Shown here one piece after another: positions 36,893 to 48,415 of a stretch of DNA of 57,788 nucleotides. Within the stretch, counting starts at the first letter, position 1; the number at the start of each line of letters is the position of its first letter. The notes below the pieces were generated by a model that searched no databases, had not been told where the DNA came from, and saw nothing but the letters and a program-made list of their open reading frames with translations. The stretch lies in the NCBI RefSeq assembly GCF_001194135.2, contig NC_068996.1, positions 56,934,117 through 56,991,904 on the forward strand, written 5' to 3'. A program made the position numbers and the translations under genes. The DNA comes from Octopus bimaculoides (Eukaryota).

Positions 36893-38589
36893 CCTGTGTA
36901 TATAATAATGTTTGTTTTTATATCAAGTTATATCATCATCATCATTGTTATCATTTGACCTCTATGTTCCATACTGATATGGGTTGAAGGATTTGACAAG
37001 AATCCGACAAGCTGAAGGACTGGTATCAAACTCCAGTGTCTGCTTTGGCAGGGTTTCTATGGCTGGATGCCCATCCTAACACCAGTCACTTTACTGAGTG
37101 TACTGAATGCCTTTTTTTGATGACACTCAGTTATTGGCCGCTGGTGCCTTAAATCCAGTTATTCAAATTTCACATTCCTGATAATCACACTGAATATATT
37201 CGTATATAGGTTCATACATACATCAATATATTATACATATACACACATGTAATACAAGAAGCATATTTGTTACCCTGTGATCAAAAGTATTCCAAATATG
37301 CCCTTTTTGTTATTTTGTTATTTAAGGCGAGAAACATGTGAATTAAAGTAGGTTTCTGGTGCTTGCATGTAGTGGCACTAACAACTCTGTAGACAGTTCC
37401 TTGTTGGTTCAGAACTTAATGTCTAATATCCCATCATGTTCTAGGAGACACTAACTTAGTCATCATCAATATTCTACTTGAACATAAAGAGTTCAGACAA
37501 AACTTAGCATCAAAGAATGAAGAATTATGTTTTTGACTCTTACAACCTAGGTTTTATATCTTTGGAGAACAGAATCACTTATCTGTCAACACACTTCTAC
37601 TCACATTCACACACTCAACAACATAAGTGTATGCATACTCAGTATGGTTATCATTTACACAAACACACTGACTGTGGGTGATGCAGAAATACATACACAC
37701 AATTAGACATATATACACAAGCACAAGCAAACACATATATGCATGCACACACCTACACACTCATATGTGCACAAACGCATACAATACTCTTGTACTGACA
37801 AACACAGATGCACACATGTATGCATGCAAGCATGCCTTCATACGCATGCTGACATGCATACACAAACACACACACAGTGACATATATGTATACATGGACA
37901 TGCATACACATGTGTTTGTATATGTTTATGTAGAATCATGTATGTGTACATGTGATCATGTGTATGTGTATGTGTGATTATATGTGATTGTGTGTTGTGT
38001 CTGCTGTGTGTGTGTGTGTGTGTGACCAATGATGATGTCATTGCTTTACCGTTTAGGCTCTACCTTAAAGCAACCATCCTGGGATGCAGCCAATTTTATA
38101 TTTCCTATTAACTACATTACCCTATCTGCACCCCCCACCACCACCACCACCACAGCAGCCCACTGAATCTAAATTGCTTCATTGTTTGCTTAAAACAGTT
38201 CTCTCCTCACACTTGCAATCACTTCTTCTATATTATTTATTATTGGCAAAAAGAAAGAAAGAAAGAAGAAGGAGAAAACTTTTTGTTTGTTTTATTTTGC
38301 TTGTTATTGTTTTGTTTATCTCGTTTGTTTGTTTCTACCNNNNNNNNNNCCCTTCCTATCGACTATAATTAGGAGTCTTGCAAGAATGAACAATATTTAT
38401 TTACTAAGAATGTGAAACAGAACAAAAAAAGAAAAGAAAAGAAAAAAGTCGACAGTCTGCATCTTTGGATTTGTCTTCTTGAACCCCTTCCACACACACA
38501 ACAGTGCTAACAGCAACAACAACAACAACAACAACAATTGTAATGAAGTGCTATCGTTAATTGTGTTCCCTAAGTATTATTATGATTGC

Positions 38590-38915
38590 CTGGCACTCCA
38601 TCAGTTACGACGACGATGAGGGTTCCAGTTGATCTGATCAATGGAACCAGCCTGCTCATGAAATTAAACATGCAAGTGGCTGAGTACTCCACAGACATGC
38701 GTACCCTTGACATAGTTCTCAGAGAGATACACATGTGATACAGAATCTGGTGAGGATGGCTTTTTTTTAAAATACAGGGTACAACTCGTTTTTGCCAGCT
38801 GAGTGGACTGGAGCAACGTGTCTTGTTCAAGGACACATTATATTGCCACCAGGAATTGAACTCATGACCTCATGATTTTGAGTTGAATACCTTAGCCATT
38901 CATCCCCGCACCTTC
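38590..38915 (-). mobile_element. tRNA-derived SINE, a further family
   Basis: tRNA-like head at ~38850-38915 (rc GAGTTCAATTCC B box), GTCTTGTTCAAGGACAC and CCAGCTGAGTGGACTGG core motifs. Confidence 0.75.
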
Positions 38916-38939
38916 CACATTATTATTTGTATTGTTACT

Positions 38940-39730
38940 TTAAGGCACCAAGCTGATTGAACTGTTAGCACATCAGACAAAATGCTTAGTAGCATTTTGT
39001 CTGTCTTTACATTCAAAGTTCAAATCCAACTAAGGGCAATTTTGCTTTTCATCCTTTCAGGGTCGATAAATTAAATACCAGTTAAACAGTGGAATCAGTG
39101 TAATCTTTGAAACCATTATTATTATTATTATCATTACTATTATTATTAAGATGTTAGTACATTGGACAAAACGCTCAGCATCATTTTTTTGATTTCTTTA
39201 CTTCTGATTTCAGATTCAACTGAGGCCCCACTTTACCTTTTATCTTTTCTCAGGTCAATACAATAAAGTACCAATCAAGTACTGAGGTTCACAGTATTGA
39301 CTAATGCTCTCCTCCTAAAATCTGAGTGGGCAGAGCCATTATGATGCTGGGTAAAATGCTTAGCAGCATTTCTTCAAGTGTTTTACATTTTGAATTCAAA
39401 TTCCACACAGATCAACTTTACCTTTCAAACTTTCAAAGTTGATGAAATAAAGTACCACCAGTTAAGGTACCACCAATTAAGCATTGGGTTTCATACTACC
39501 GACTGACCACCTCCCACTAAAACTCCTTACCTTATGCCAAAATCTGAATGAATCAATCTTTAGCAGTATTTCATCCCTCTTTACATTCTGAGTTCAAATT
39601 CCGCTGAGGTCAACTTTGTCTTTCATCTTTTCGGGGTCAATTAAATAAGCACCAGTTACACAGTGGGGTTGATGTAATCAACTTAATCCCTTCTCCTAAA
39701 TTTGAGGCCTTGTGCTTCCAGAAGAAAAGA
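38940..39730 (+). mobile_element. Four tandem same-strand copies of family A SINE
   Basis: AAAATGCTTAGC / GTTCAAATTCC / GGTCAACTTT..CTTTCATC / AAGTACCA blocks recur at ~38940, ~39140, ~39335 and ~39555. Confidence 0.8.
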
Positions 39731-39757
39731 TAATTATCATTATCATCATCACCATCA

Positions 39758-39788
<31 letters not shown>

Positions 39789-40129
39789 AATACTTAGTTT
39801 ATACCATTCACCTCCGTCATGAGAAGTTAAATGCAAAGTCACCTTTCTGCCAGATTTGAACTCAGAATATCATGGGATATGGCTGAATGATGCAATGAGG
39901 CATTTAATCACATGCGAAACCAATTACAAAAGATAACTTTGATTAGTACAGCCCATATACTACGGAAAGCACTCTCTATCTAAAATGGAATAAATGTGGT
40001 GATAATTTTAGCATGCATAACAAAGGCAAAAGTGCCATTGCTACTCTTGGCTTCCAGAGGATGACCAGTACTAGGGCAGCTGAAATAAAAGTTATAATGA
40101 AAGGAAACCATAAATGATAATAATCAATT

Positions 40130-40325
40130 GTACTGTTGGCACAAAAGCTGGCAATCTTAGGGGAGGGATTAAACTGATCACATTGACCATAATATTCAAC
40201 TAGTACTTACTTTGCTGACCTTGAGAGGTCAAAGTTGACCTCAGCCAATTTTGAATTCAGAATGTAAAGATGACCACTAAGCATCCTGTCCAGTATCTTA
40301 AAGATATTGCTAGCTCTCCACCTTT
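40130..40325 (-). mobile_element. Family A SINE, diverged
   Basis: TAGTACTTACTTTGCTGACC...GTCAAAGTTGACCTCAGCC...TTTGAATTCAGAATGTAAAG. Confidence 0.7.
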
Positions 40326-41167
40326 GTAACACCAACAGCAACAAAAATAATAATAATAATTTCTTTTATTAGCCACAGAGACATAGATGAGGATGACATC
40401 ACAAGGACACTCAACAGTTTGTGTAAGGTTTACATAAGAGATGCAGAAGAGAAAGAAACGGCAAAGAGAGTGAAATAAGATTAAAGTATACAAAGTATGT
40501 GACAACATGAAAGATGCAGCGGAGAAACTCCAGCTGGGGCCAATCAAGGAACACCACAGATCCAAGGTTAACCCTGACCAGTAAAGGCACTAGTCCTCTT
40601 CTAATCCAACCTATAGCTGCATGCTTAGAGTAGGGCCAATCCCTCTGACCATTTTGGTTAGAGCCACCCAACTTTTTTTTACAAATTCACTGACAAAAGA
40701 GCACTTTCCTCTCCACTCTCACCTTCCTTTGAAAAGTTGAGGGTTAACTGAAGAGAAAGGCACCTTCCTTAATTCTTTCATCCTTATCCACCACACAACC
40801 TTTTTCACCCTTATCCATGAGACAGAAGAACACCACCTGTCCTGCCTTATTAAAGTTGAGTAATGGGGACAATTCACACAATGGATTCAGCCAATATCTA
40901 GATGTGTCCTGCATATAATAACAGATGTTTGACATAACTCTAGAAACCAACAATAATTGGACATTGCAATATACGGTTTCATCATTTTGTATGCATCCTG
41001 GGCAGTCTTGGCTAGTGGTGCTTCCATACAGATAGAATTTATCTGAAACCAGCTTTGCAGCACTGCTAGGCCAGGGGTTTCTGGAAGTTATCCATGGTAG
41101 TTTCAGGCCCCAAAGTTCTTTCAAACAGATCAGCAAGTTCACCTTCATTGATGTAATAAAAATAGGG

Positions 41168-41292
41168 GAGGAGGAGAAGAAGGAGGAGGAGGAGGAGACG
41201 GAGGAGAAGAAGAAGAAGAAGAAGAAGAAGAAAAAGGAGAAGAAGAAGAAGAAGAAGAAGAAGAAGAAGAAGAATTGGAAGAAGAAGAAGAA
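41168..41292. repeat. (GGA)n/(GAA)n polypurine tract, ~125 bp
   Basis: Directly visible; almost no pyrimidines on the + strand. Confidence 0.95.
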
Positions 41293-41738
41293 TGTGATTT
41301 CAAATTTTGTCACAACTGGTACTTACTTTGTCAACTTTGCAGAATTTGATCTCAGAACATAAAGATGGACAACATACCACTAAAAATTTTGCCTGGAGTG
41401 TAACATTTAACATCTGTTTTCCGTGGCTTGCATGGGTTGGACATCTTGATAGGAACTAGCAAGGCCAGGTCCCACACTAAGTTCTATTGTCTGTTTTTGG
41501 CCTGGTTTCTACAATTGGACACTCTTCCTAACATCAACCACTTTACAGGATGTACAAGGTGAAGAAAAAAGAACATGGACAAGAAAAGGTTCTCCTGAAA
41601 TGGGATAGGCTGGTGGGGAGGAACTGTACAGGGTGATTCAGGTGACCCAGCACATATAGCCATAAATAACTCTAAGACAAATGTCTCTGCTTGAGCTTAT
41701 AGCTGCATAGTTCATGTGGGTACTTATAAATGATAAGA

Positions 41739-41784
<46 letters not shown>

Positions 41785-41785
<1 letters not shown>

Positions 41786-41965
41786 CAAGATGATAGTGAT
41801 TTCAAATTTTAGTACAAAACCAACAATTTTAGGGGTGGGACTTGATTGGTGCTTCAGTTTATTGACCCCACAAAAGGACAAGACAAGGTTAACCTTGGAG
41901 GGGGGGTTACTGAATTCTGAACATGAAGAGCCAAAAGACATGCCTCTAAGCATTTTGACCATTCT
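41785..41965 (-). mobile_element. Family A SINE with (GAT)n at its 3' side
   Basis: GATTTCAAATTTTAGTACAAAACC...TTATTGACCCC...CTGAATTCTGAACAT...CTAAGCATTTTG. Confidence 0.7.
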
Positions 41966-43035
41966 GTTGATAATTCTGCCTTCTCACCATTATTATTTTT
42001 ATTATTATTAATAATAATAATAATAATTAGAAGAAGAAGAAAAATAGTAATGATAATAATCGCAGTTGTGGTTGTGGGAGAGGTAAAGAGGATGATGATA
42101 ATGATGTTGATGATGATAGTAATGGTGATGATGATGTTAATGGTAATGATGATGACAATGATAATGATGACACCAATGACAATATATATGATGATATAAT
42201 AATAATAATAATAATAATAACTAAAACAATCTTGATGACAATGATGTTGAAGATTTGATGATGATGACCATGATGATCATGATGATCATGATGACGATGA
42301 TTATCATCGTCATCATGACGACAATGATGACATTGGTAGTGGTGGTGGTGGTGGTGGTAAGGATAATAATAATAATTTGCTTCATTGACTGTGTCTGGAA
42401 TCCTACTAGACCCTGCCATTCTTTTTCTCTTCATTGCATTTCCTCATAAATAGCAGACTGCTAAATTGCTCACTCCTTCAGGGTAAATAACAATCCTCTC
42501 CCCCACCCTGTTCCACCAAAAAAAAAGAAAGAAAGAAGGAAAAAGTGGGGAAAGGCAAAGAAAAACAAGGACAGCAAGATTTCTGGCCATTGTACTGTGT
42601 TGCTGGCTGGTTGACTGGCTGGTTGGCTGGCTGGCTGGTTGGCTGGCTGGCTGGTTGGCTGGCTGGCTGGCTGGCAAGTGTGTGTATATGGTGGTGGTGG
42701 GGGGGAATATAGGTAGGCGTTGTCTGTCTATCTGTCTAAGGATGTGGGTGATATAGTGATGATATTGGTGGTGGTGGTGGCAGAAGCAGAGGCAAGTGGG
42801 CAGCAGGGAACATATTGGGTGAGGGGACGGGAGGTGAGCAGGAGTGGAAGCAGTGACAGTGGTAGGAGAGGTGCTGGTGTTAGTGGAGGTGGTCTTAGAG
42901 GTGGATGTTTCTGCTGTTTGTTAATAAACACTACAGGCCTGAGAAAACCAGGTCAGTCAATCAATTTCTATTTCCTTGCCCTTCCAGTCACAACATGGGC
43001 CTTCCAAGATGAGCATCACCTTTCCCTCACACATA

Positions 43036-43096
<61 letters not shown>

Positions 43097-43271
43097 CTCT
43101 TGTCTCTTCTCTCTCTCCTCCATGCACGCATATACACACTTGCACATGTATATACTCACACACAAATGCACTTATGTATATAGAAGCCTGGCATGCATAG
43201 AGAATGTTTCTCTATGTATGTTTCAGCATACTTTTGTATGCATGCATGTATATCTGTGTATACACTAACAT

Positions 43272-43305
<34 letters not shown>

Positions 43306-43784
43306 NNNNNNNNNNNNNNNNNNNNNNNNNNNNNNNNNNNNNNNNNNNNNNNNNNNNNNNNNNNNNNNNNNNNNNNNNNNNNNNNNNNNNNNNNNNNNNN
43401 NNNNNNNNNNNNNNNNNNNNNNNNNNNNNNNNNNNNNNNNNNNNNNNNNNNNNNNNNNNNNNNNNNNNNNNNNNNNNNNNNNNNNNNNNNNNNNNNNNNN
43501 NNNNNNNNNNNNNNNNNNNNNNNNNNNNNNNNNNNNNNNNNNNNNNNNNNNNNNNNNNNNNNNNNNNNNNNNNNNNNNNNNNNNNNNNNNNNNNNNNNNN
43601 NNNNNNNNNNNNNNNNNNNNNNNNNNNNNNNNNNNNNNNNNNNNNNNNNNNNNNNNNNNNNNNNNNNNNNNNNNNNNNNNNNNNNNNNNNNNNNNNNNNN
43701 NNNNNNNNNNNNNNNNNNNNNNNNNNNNNNNNNNNNNNNNNNNNNNNNNNNNNNNNNNNNNNNNNNNNNNNNNNNNNNNNNNNN

Positions 43785-43850
<66 letters not shown>

Positions 43851-43859
<9 letters not shown>

Positions 43860-44485
43860 AGTGGCTATGTGGCAAGAGGCTTGCTTCCCAACCACATGGT
43901 TTTGGGTTCTGTCCCATTGCATGGCACCTTTATGCATATGACTTCTACTATAGCCTCAGGCTGACCAAAGCCTTGTGAGTGGATTTGGTAGTCGGAAACT
44001 GAAAGAAGCTCATCGTGTATATATAGTGAGAATTTACAAAACAACAAAACACAAAGACAGGTGTGTAAACAACAAACAGATGTATTAGTTTAACACTCGG
44101 GAAGTGAGAAAGTCTTTTATGTTTTGAGCCTACACTCTTCAACAGAACGGAACACAGAAATAAGCAGAGAAAGGAAATAGAAAAACGTTTAGTTGTTAGC
44201 GATCTATCATGGCGAATGCCGCATAGAGGTGTCACACAGGAGAGATATATATATACATCCATATATATAGATAGATAGATGTATTTTTGTGATTGTGTTT
44301 GTCCCCCCACCATCGCTTGACAACCAATGTTGCTGTGTTTACATCCGCGTAACTTAGCAGTTTGCCAAAAGATGCCAATAGAATAAGTACTAGGCTTACA
44401 AAGAATAAGTCCTGGGGTCGATTTCTTCAACTAAAGCATTGCTCCAGCATGGCCCCATTCAAATGACTGAAACAAATAAAAGAAT
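43851..44485 (+). mobile_element. Bipartite family B SINE with an extra ~250-bp segment inside its microsatellite core
   Basis: 5' half at 43851-44015, unrelated sequence at ~44020-44260, 3' half at ~44285-44485. Confidence 0.85.
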
Positions 44486-44559
44486 AAATGAATATATATC
44501 CCACCCATGCCAGCATGGAAGGCAGATGTCAAATGACAATGATTATGATGATTGATCAT

Positions 44560-45198
44560 CATCATCATCATCATCGTTTAACGTCTGCTTTCCATGCTAG
44601 CATGGGTTGGACGATTTCAATTTAGTTTGATTTCGATTTCACTTGCCTCAACAGGTCTTCGCAAGCGAAGTTTAGTGTCCAATGAAGGAAAGGTACGCAT
44701 AAGTTGGCTGGCTACACCCCTGGCAGAGGCCTTGCATTTAGGTCTCACTTGGCTTGCCGGGTCTTCTCAAACACAGCATATTTCCAAAGGTCTCGGTCAG
44801 GAGTCATCGCCTCAGTGAGGCCCAATGTTTGAAGGTCGTGCCTCACCACCTCATCCTAGGTCTTCCTGGGCCTACCTCTTCAACAGGTTCCTTCAACTGC
44901 TAGGGTGTGGCACTTTTTCACACAGCTATCCTCATCCATATTCACCACATGTCCATACTAGCGCAATCGTCTCTCTTGTACACCACAACTGATGCTTCTT
45001 ATGTTCAGCTTTTCTCTCAAGATACTTACACTCTGACGGGTATGCACACTGACATTACTCATCCATCAGAGCATACTGGCTTCATTCTTTGTGAGCTTAC
45101 GCATGTCCTCAGCAGTCACGGCCCATGTTTCACTGCCATGTAGCATGGCTGTTCGTACACATGCGTCATACAGTCTGCCTTTTACTCTGAGTGAGAGG
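44560..45198 (-). mobile_element. RTE-clade LINE 3' end, 5'-truncated, with stop codons
   Basis: Minus strand LSLRVKGRLYDACVRTAMLHGSETWAVTAEDMRKL...RRLR*YGHV...RGRPRKT*DEVV..DL..LGL; 3' UTR ending in (GAT)n. Confidence 0.92.
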
Positions 45199-45560
45199 TC
45201 ATTTGAGCGTGACCATTACCAACGTCGCCTTCCTGGCACTTGTGCCAGTGGCACGTGAAAAGACATTCGAGCGAGTTCGTTGCCAGTACCGCTGGACTGG
45301 CCGTTGTGCAGGTGGCACGTAAAATACACCATTTCGAGCGTGGCCGTCACCAGTACCGCTTGACTGGCCTTCATGCCAGTGGCACATAAAAGCACCCACT
45401 ACACTCTCTGAGTGGTTGGCGTTAGGAAGGGCATCCAGCTGTAGAATCTCTGCCAAATCAGATTGGAGCCTGGTGTAGCCATCTGGTTCACCAGTCCTCA
45501 GTCAAATCGTCCTACCCATGCTAGCATGGAAAGCAGAATGTTAAACAATGATGATGATGA
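45199..45560 (+). mobile_element. SINE-like element with RTE-type tail and three ~66-bp internal tandem units
   Basis: Units start ATTTGAGCG / ATTCGAGCG / ATTTCGAGCG and end GGCAC.T.AAA; tail CCATGCTAGCATGGAAAGCAG..GTTAAAC(AATGAT)n matches the RTE tail. Confidence 0.85.
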
Positions 45561-45970
45561 TATATATATATGAATTTAAATAAGAGCCATAACGCGATAC
45601 GTCGTAAAAACTTGTTTAATGACCTATGTACATTTCAATGCAAGATCCCGGTTCACTCTTGTCTGTGATAAAAAATGGGATCTTGTATCTCTTCAGGGTC
45701 AAGTTTCATTAATTCATAGCAGACAACATTAATAGTTGTCCTTAAATTACATGTGTATAAATAGGTTGTAATGACATGAAATATATTGAAACTACATACA
45801 ATATAGGTTAAGAAAACTGTTATATAGTAAAGTAAGTAGTGTTGTGAAGTTAGGATATTAACCTAGGATGTTAAGTAGCGAATGAGTAAGGGATGCTGTA
45901 AATTTCAATAAAAACCGTTGGACTTTTGAAAGTAAATAAAGTAAAGAAAGAAAATAATCTGTTATAACAA

Positions 45971-46425
45971 ATTAAGGCCAATAGACTAGATATAGTTGTC
46001 ACAGATCATGAAGGAAAAAAATGCTTTCTAATTGATGTATCAATACCAGCAGATGACAACGTTTCCCGAAAAGAAATGGAAAAACTTTCAAAATACAAAG
46101 ACCTGGAAATAGAGGTAACTCGAATGTGGAATCTAAAAACAGAAACAATTCCTATCATAGTAGGTGCCTTAGGTATAATAAAAAAATATTCAGACAAATA
46201 CATAACAAAAACACCAGGACTTACAAATATATATAACATACAGAAAATTGCACTACTGGGTACTGCACACATTCTACACAAAACACTTTCAATACAGTAA
46301 CCATAAGAACACCACAGCAAACCACAGCACATACCCAAGGCACACAGAGCTGCGCTCGGTAGTGAAGTGAAAGCACGTTATAAAAATAAAACTACTGAAC
46401 AATAATAATAATAATAATAATAATA
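45971..46425 (+). mobile_element. R4/Dong-like (RLE endonuclease) non-LTR retrotransposon 3' end with (AAT)n tail
   Basis: Open frame 45971-46300: IKANRLDIVVTDHEGKKCFLIDVSIPADDNVSRKEMEKLSKYKDL...IPIIVGALG...QKIALLGTAHIL. Confidence 0.88.
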
Positions 46426-46450
46426 ACAACAACAACAACAACAATAGCAA

Positions 46451-46760
46451 ACAGTCAAGGTGGTGTCAATAATAATTGGTGCGCTGGGAACAGTGAGCCA
46501 AAATATAGAGAAATGGCTGAAGGAAATCGGAATAGAATGCCTGGTAGAGCTTCTACAGAAAGTTTGTCTCTTAAGGACAGCAAGAATTATCAGGAGGGTT
46601 CTAAGCATTTGAAAGACAGCTGAAAATTTGTGGATACTAAAGGTTACAGGTAGTAACCTTTTATCCACGTAGTACCTACCATGAATAAGACTGAACTTGA
46701 GCTGGAAGAGGAAATAATAACAACAACAACAACAACAACAATAATAATAATAATAATAAG
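46451..46760 (+). mobile_element. Second, divergent RLE-clade LINE 3' end
   Basis: 46451-46612: TVKVVSIIIGALGTVSQNIEKWLKEIGIECLVELLQKVCLLRTARIIRRVLSI*; 3' UTR, then (AAC)n(AAT)n. Confidence 0.85.
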
Positions 46761-47859
46761 ACTCCAGGAGCTCCAACAAAACTTGCGATAATAATAATAA
46801 TAATAATAATAATAATTAAAATAACAACACCTACAATAATAACAACATAATAAAGATTTGTGATTTTGAAGCAGTAAATCATGGATGAAACATGCTTTGG
46901 TGCCATTCTAAGAAAGTAATTTGCAAAATTGTATGTCTCAATGATTCATTTTCTTTATTACTTGAATTTGGTGGGAAAATAGGAAAATAGCTGAGAGCAA
47001 AAGTACAATGAATTGTGATAAGAAGGTGAAATACAATGAGATTATTTGAAACATTGCCAAAAATTCCAGAAAACTGTAGTCGGGCAACATGGAAAGGTAC
47101 TGAGGGCACTGGACAATACTAGTCATAAGTCAAGAATTAAGTCACAGTTTGGTTTTTTTTTTTGCTTTTCTTTATGGGGGTGGAAGGGGTTATTTCTAAT
47201 TCTGAAAAATGCTTTGTTTTTCTTATGCAGATAAGTTTATTTCCAGCTATTTGCTGAATGAATTTCAAACAGTGTTCCTGAGATTTTGTAAAAGAAAGTG
47301 ACTATTCCAAATTTTTACTGTTATCACATATGGTTCTGAGGGTGACCTCAGTTGGTGTATGGTTATGAATATATATATAAGTATTTATATAATGAAAAAC
47401 CAAAATAAGCTAAGAGAAATAATTCAAAGTGGCCAGTGACATTAATTTGCACAAGAACAGTGGGTGGTATACAAAATACCATACATACATGCATACATAC
47501 ATACATACATACATACATACATACATACATACGTATGTGTGTACATATGTATGTATATATGCTTCTTAATCACACAAGCATTAAAGGAAAGTGGGTTAAA
47601 CAAAATAGCTGAGTGACCAGAAGTATTATTTGAATATCATAGACAAATACAAGTATATCAAACACTATACAACAAAAATTCTTCATTTTCAATTTTAAGA
47701 TTATCGCCTCTTCTCAAATGGAGGTGGTCATAATTACCATTTGATAATTTTAATGCATTCTCTAAAGATGAAGGCAACTTTAATAAATCACGAATTTTTG
47801 TTTTGTGTCTCCACTTTCTTGAGACTTCTTGTCATACATGTTTTTAGTGACCTTACTGT

Positions 47860-48030
47860 GCTGTTTGTTTTGAAAAAAAGTACCCAGTACACTCTTGTAA
47901 AGAGGTTAGCATTAGGAAGGGCATCTAGCTGTACAAACGATACCAGCTCAGCACAGCCATCTTGTTTATTGTTATCTGACACAGTCCGAACCATGCCAGT
48001 ATGAAAAAGGGGACATTAAGTAATGAGGAT
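47860..48030 (+). mobile_element. SINE fragment with RTE-type tail
   Basis: AGTACCCAGTACACTC...TTAGGAAGGGCATCTAGCTGTA...AACCATGCCAGTATGAAA. Confidence 0.7.
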
Positions 48031-48073
48031 GATGATGGTGGGGATGTACAGATATATAAATGGATAGACAGAC

Positions 48074-48106
<33 letters not shown>

Positions 48107-48415
48107 GACAAAAGACTGGACGTATTCGGTGTATTTCTAATTCCATAATATGTGTTTCATGAGAGGAGTTACAAACATACAATTGTAGGAAAAACATGCA
48201 TAGGATCTCCTATCCATAATTTTTCAAGCAGATTCAAAAATATTAGAAATTAACGCTGGGTGATTAACGCAGTTTATAGTATTAAATATTAATTAGGAAT
48301 ATATTAAGAGATAGAAGGAAAAACGTTGGAGAAGGTGAAAACATAGAAAAAGTAGTAATAATGATAAAGTGGAAGTGTGAGAGACAGAAAGAAAATAAAT
48401 GCAAACATATAAATA

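Noticed and set aside
40744-41313. 189-aa minus-strand ORF
   Set aside because: The N-terminal third is the (TTC)n repeat and the remainder has no recognisable domain.
42720-43268. 182-aa ORF in a G-rich region
   Set aside because: Low-complexity G-rich and (CT)n sequence with no coding evidence.
45199-45400. Three ~66-bp tandem units as a CRISPR-like array
   Set aside because: Eukaryotic context, no unique spacers; the units are degenerate internal repeats of a SINE.
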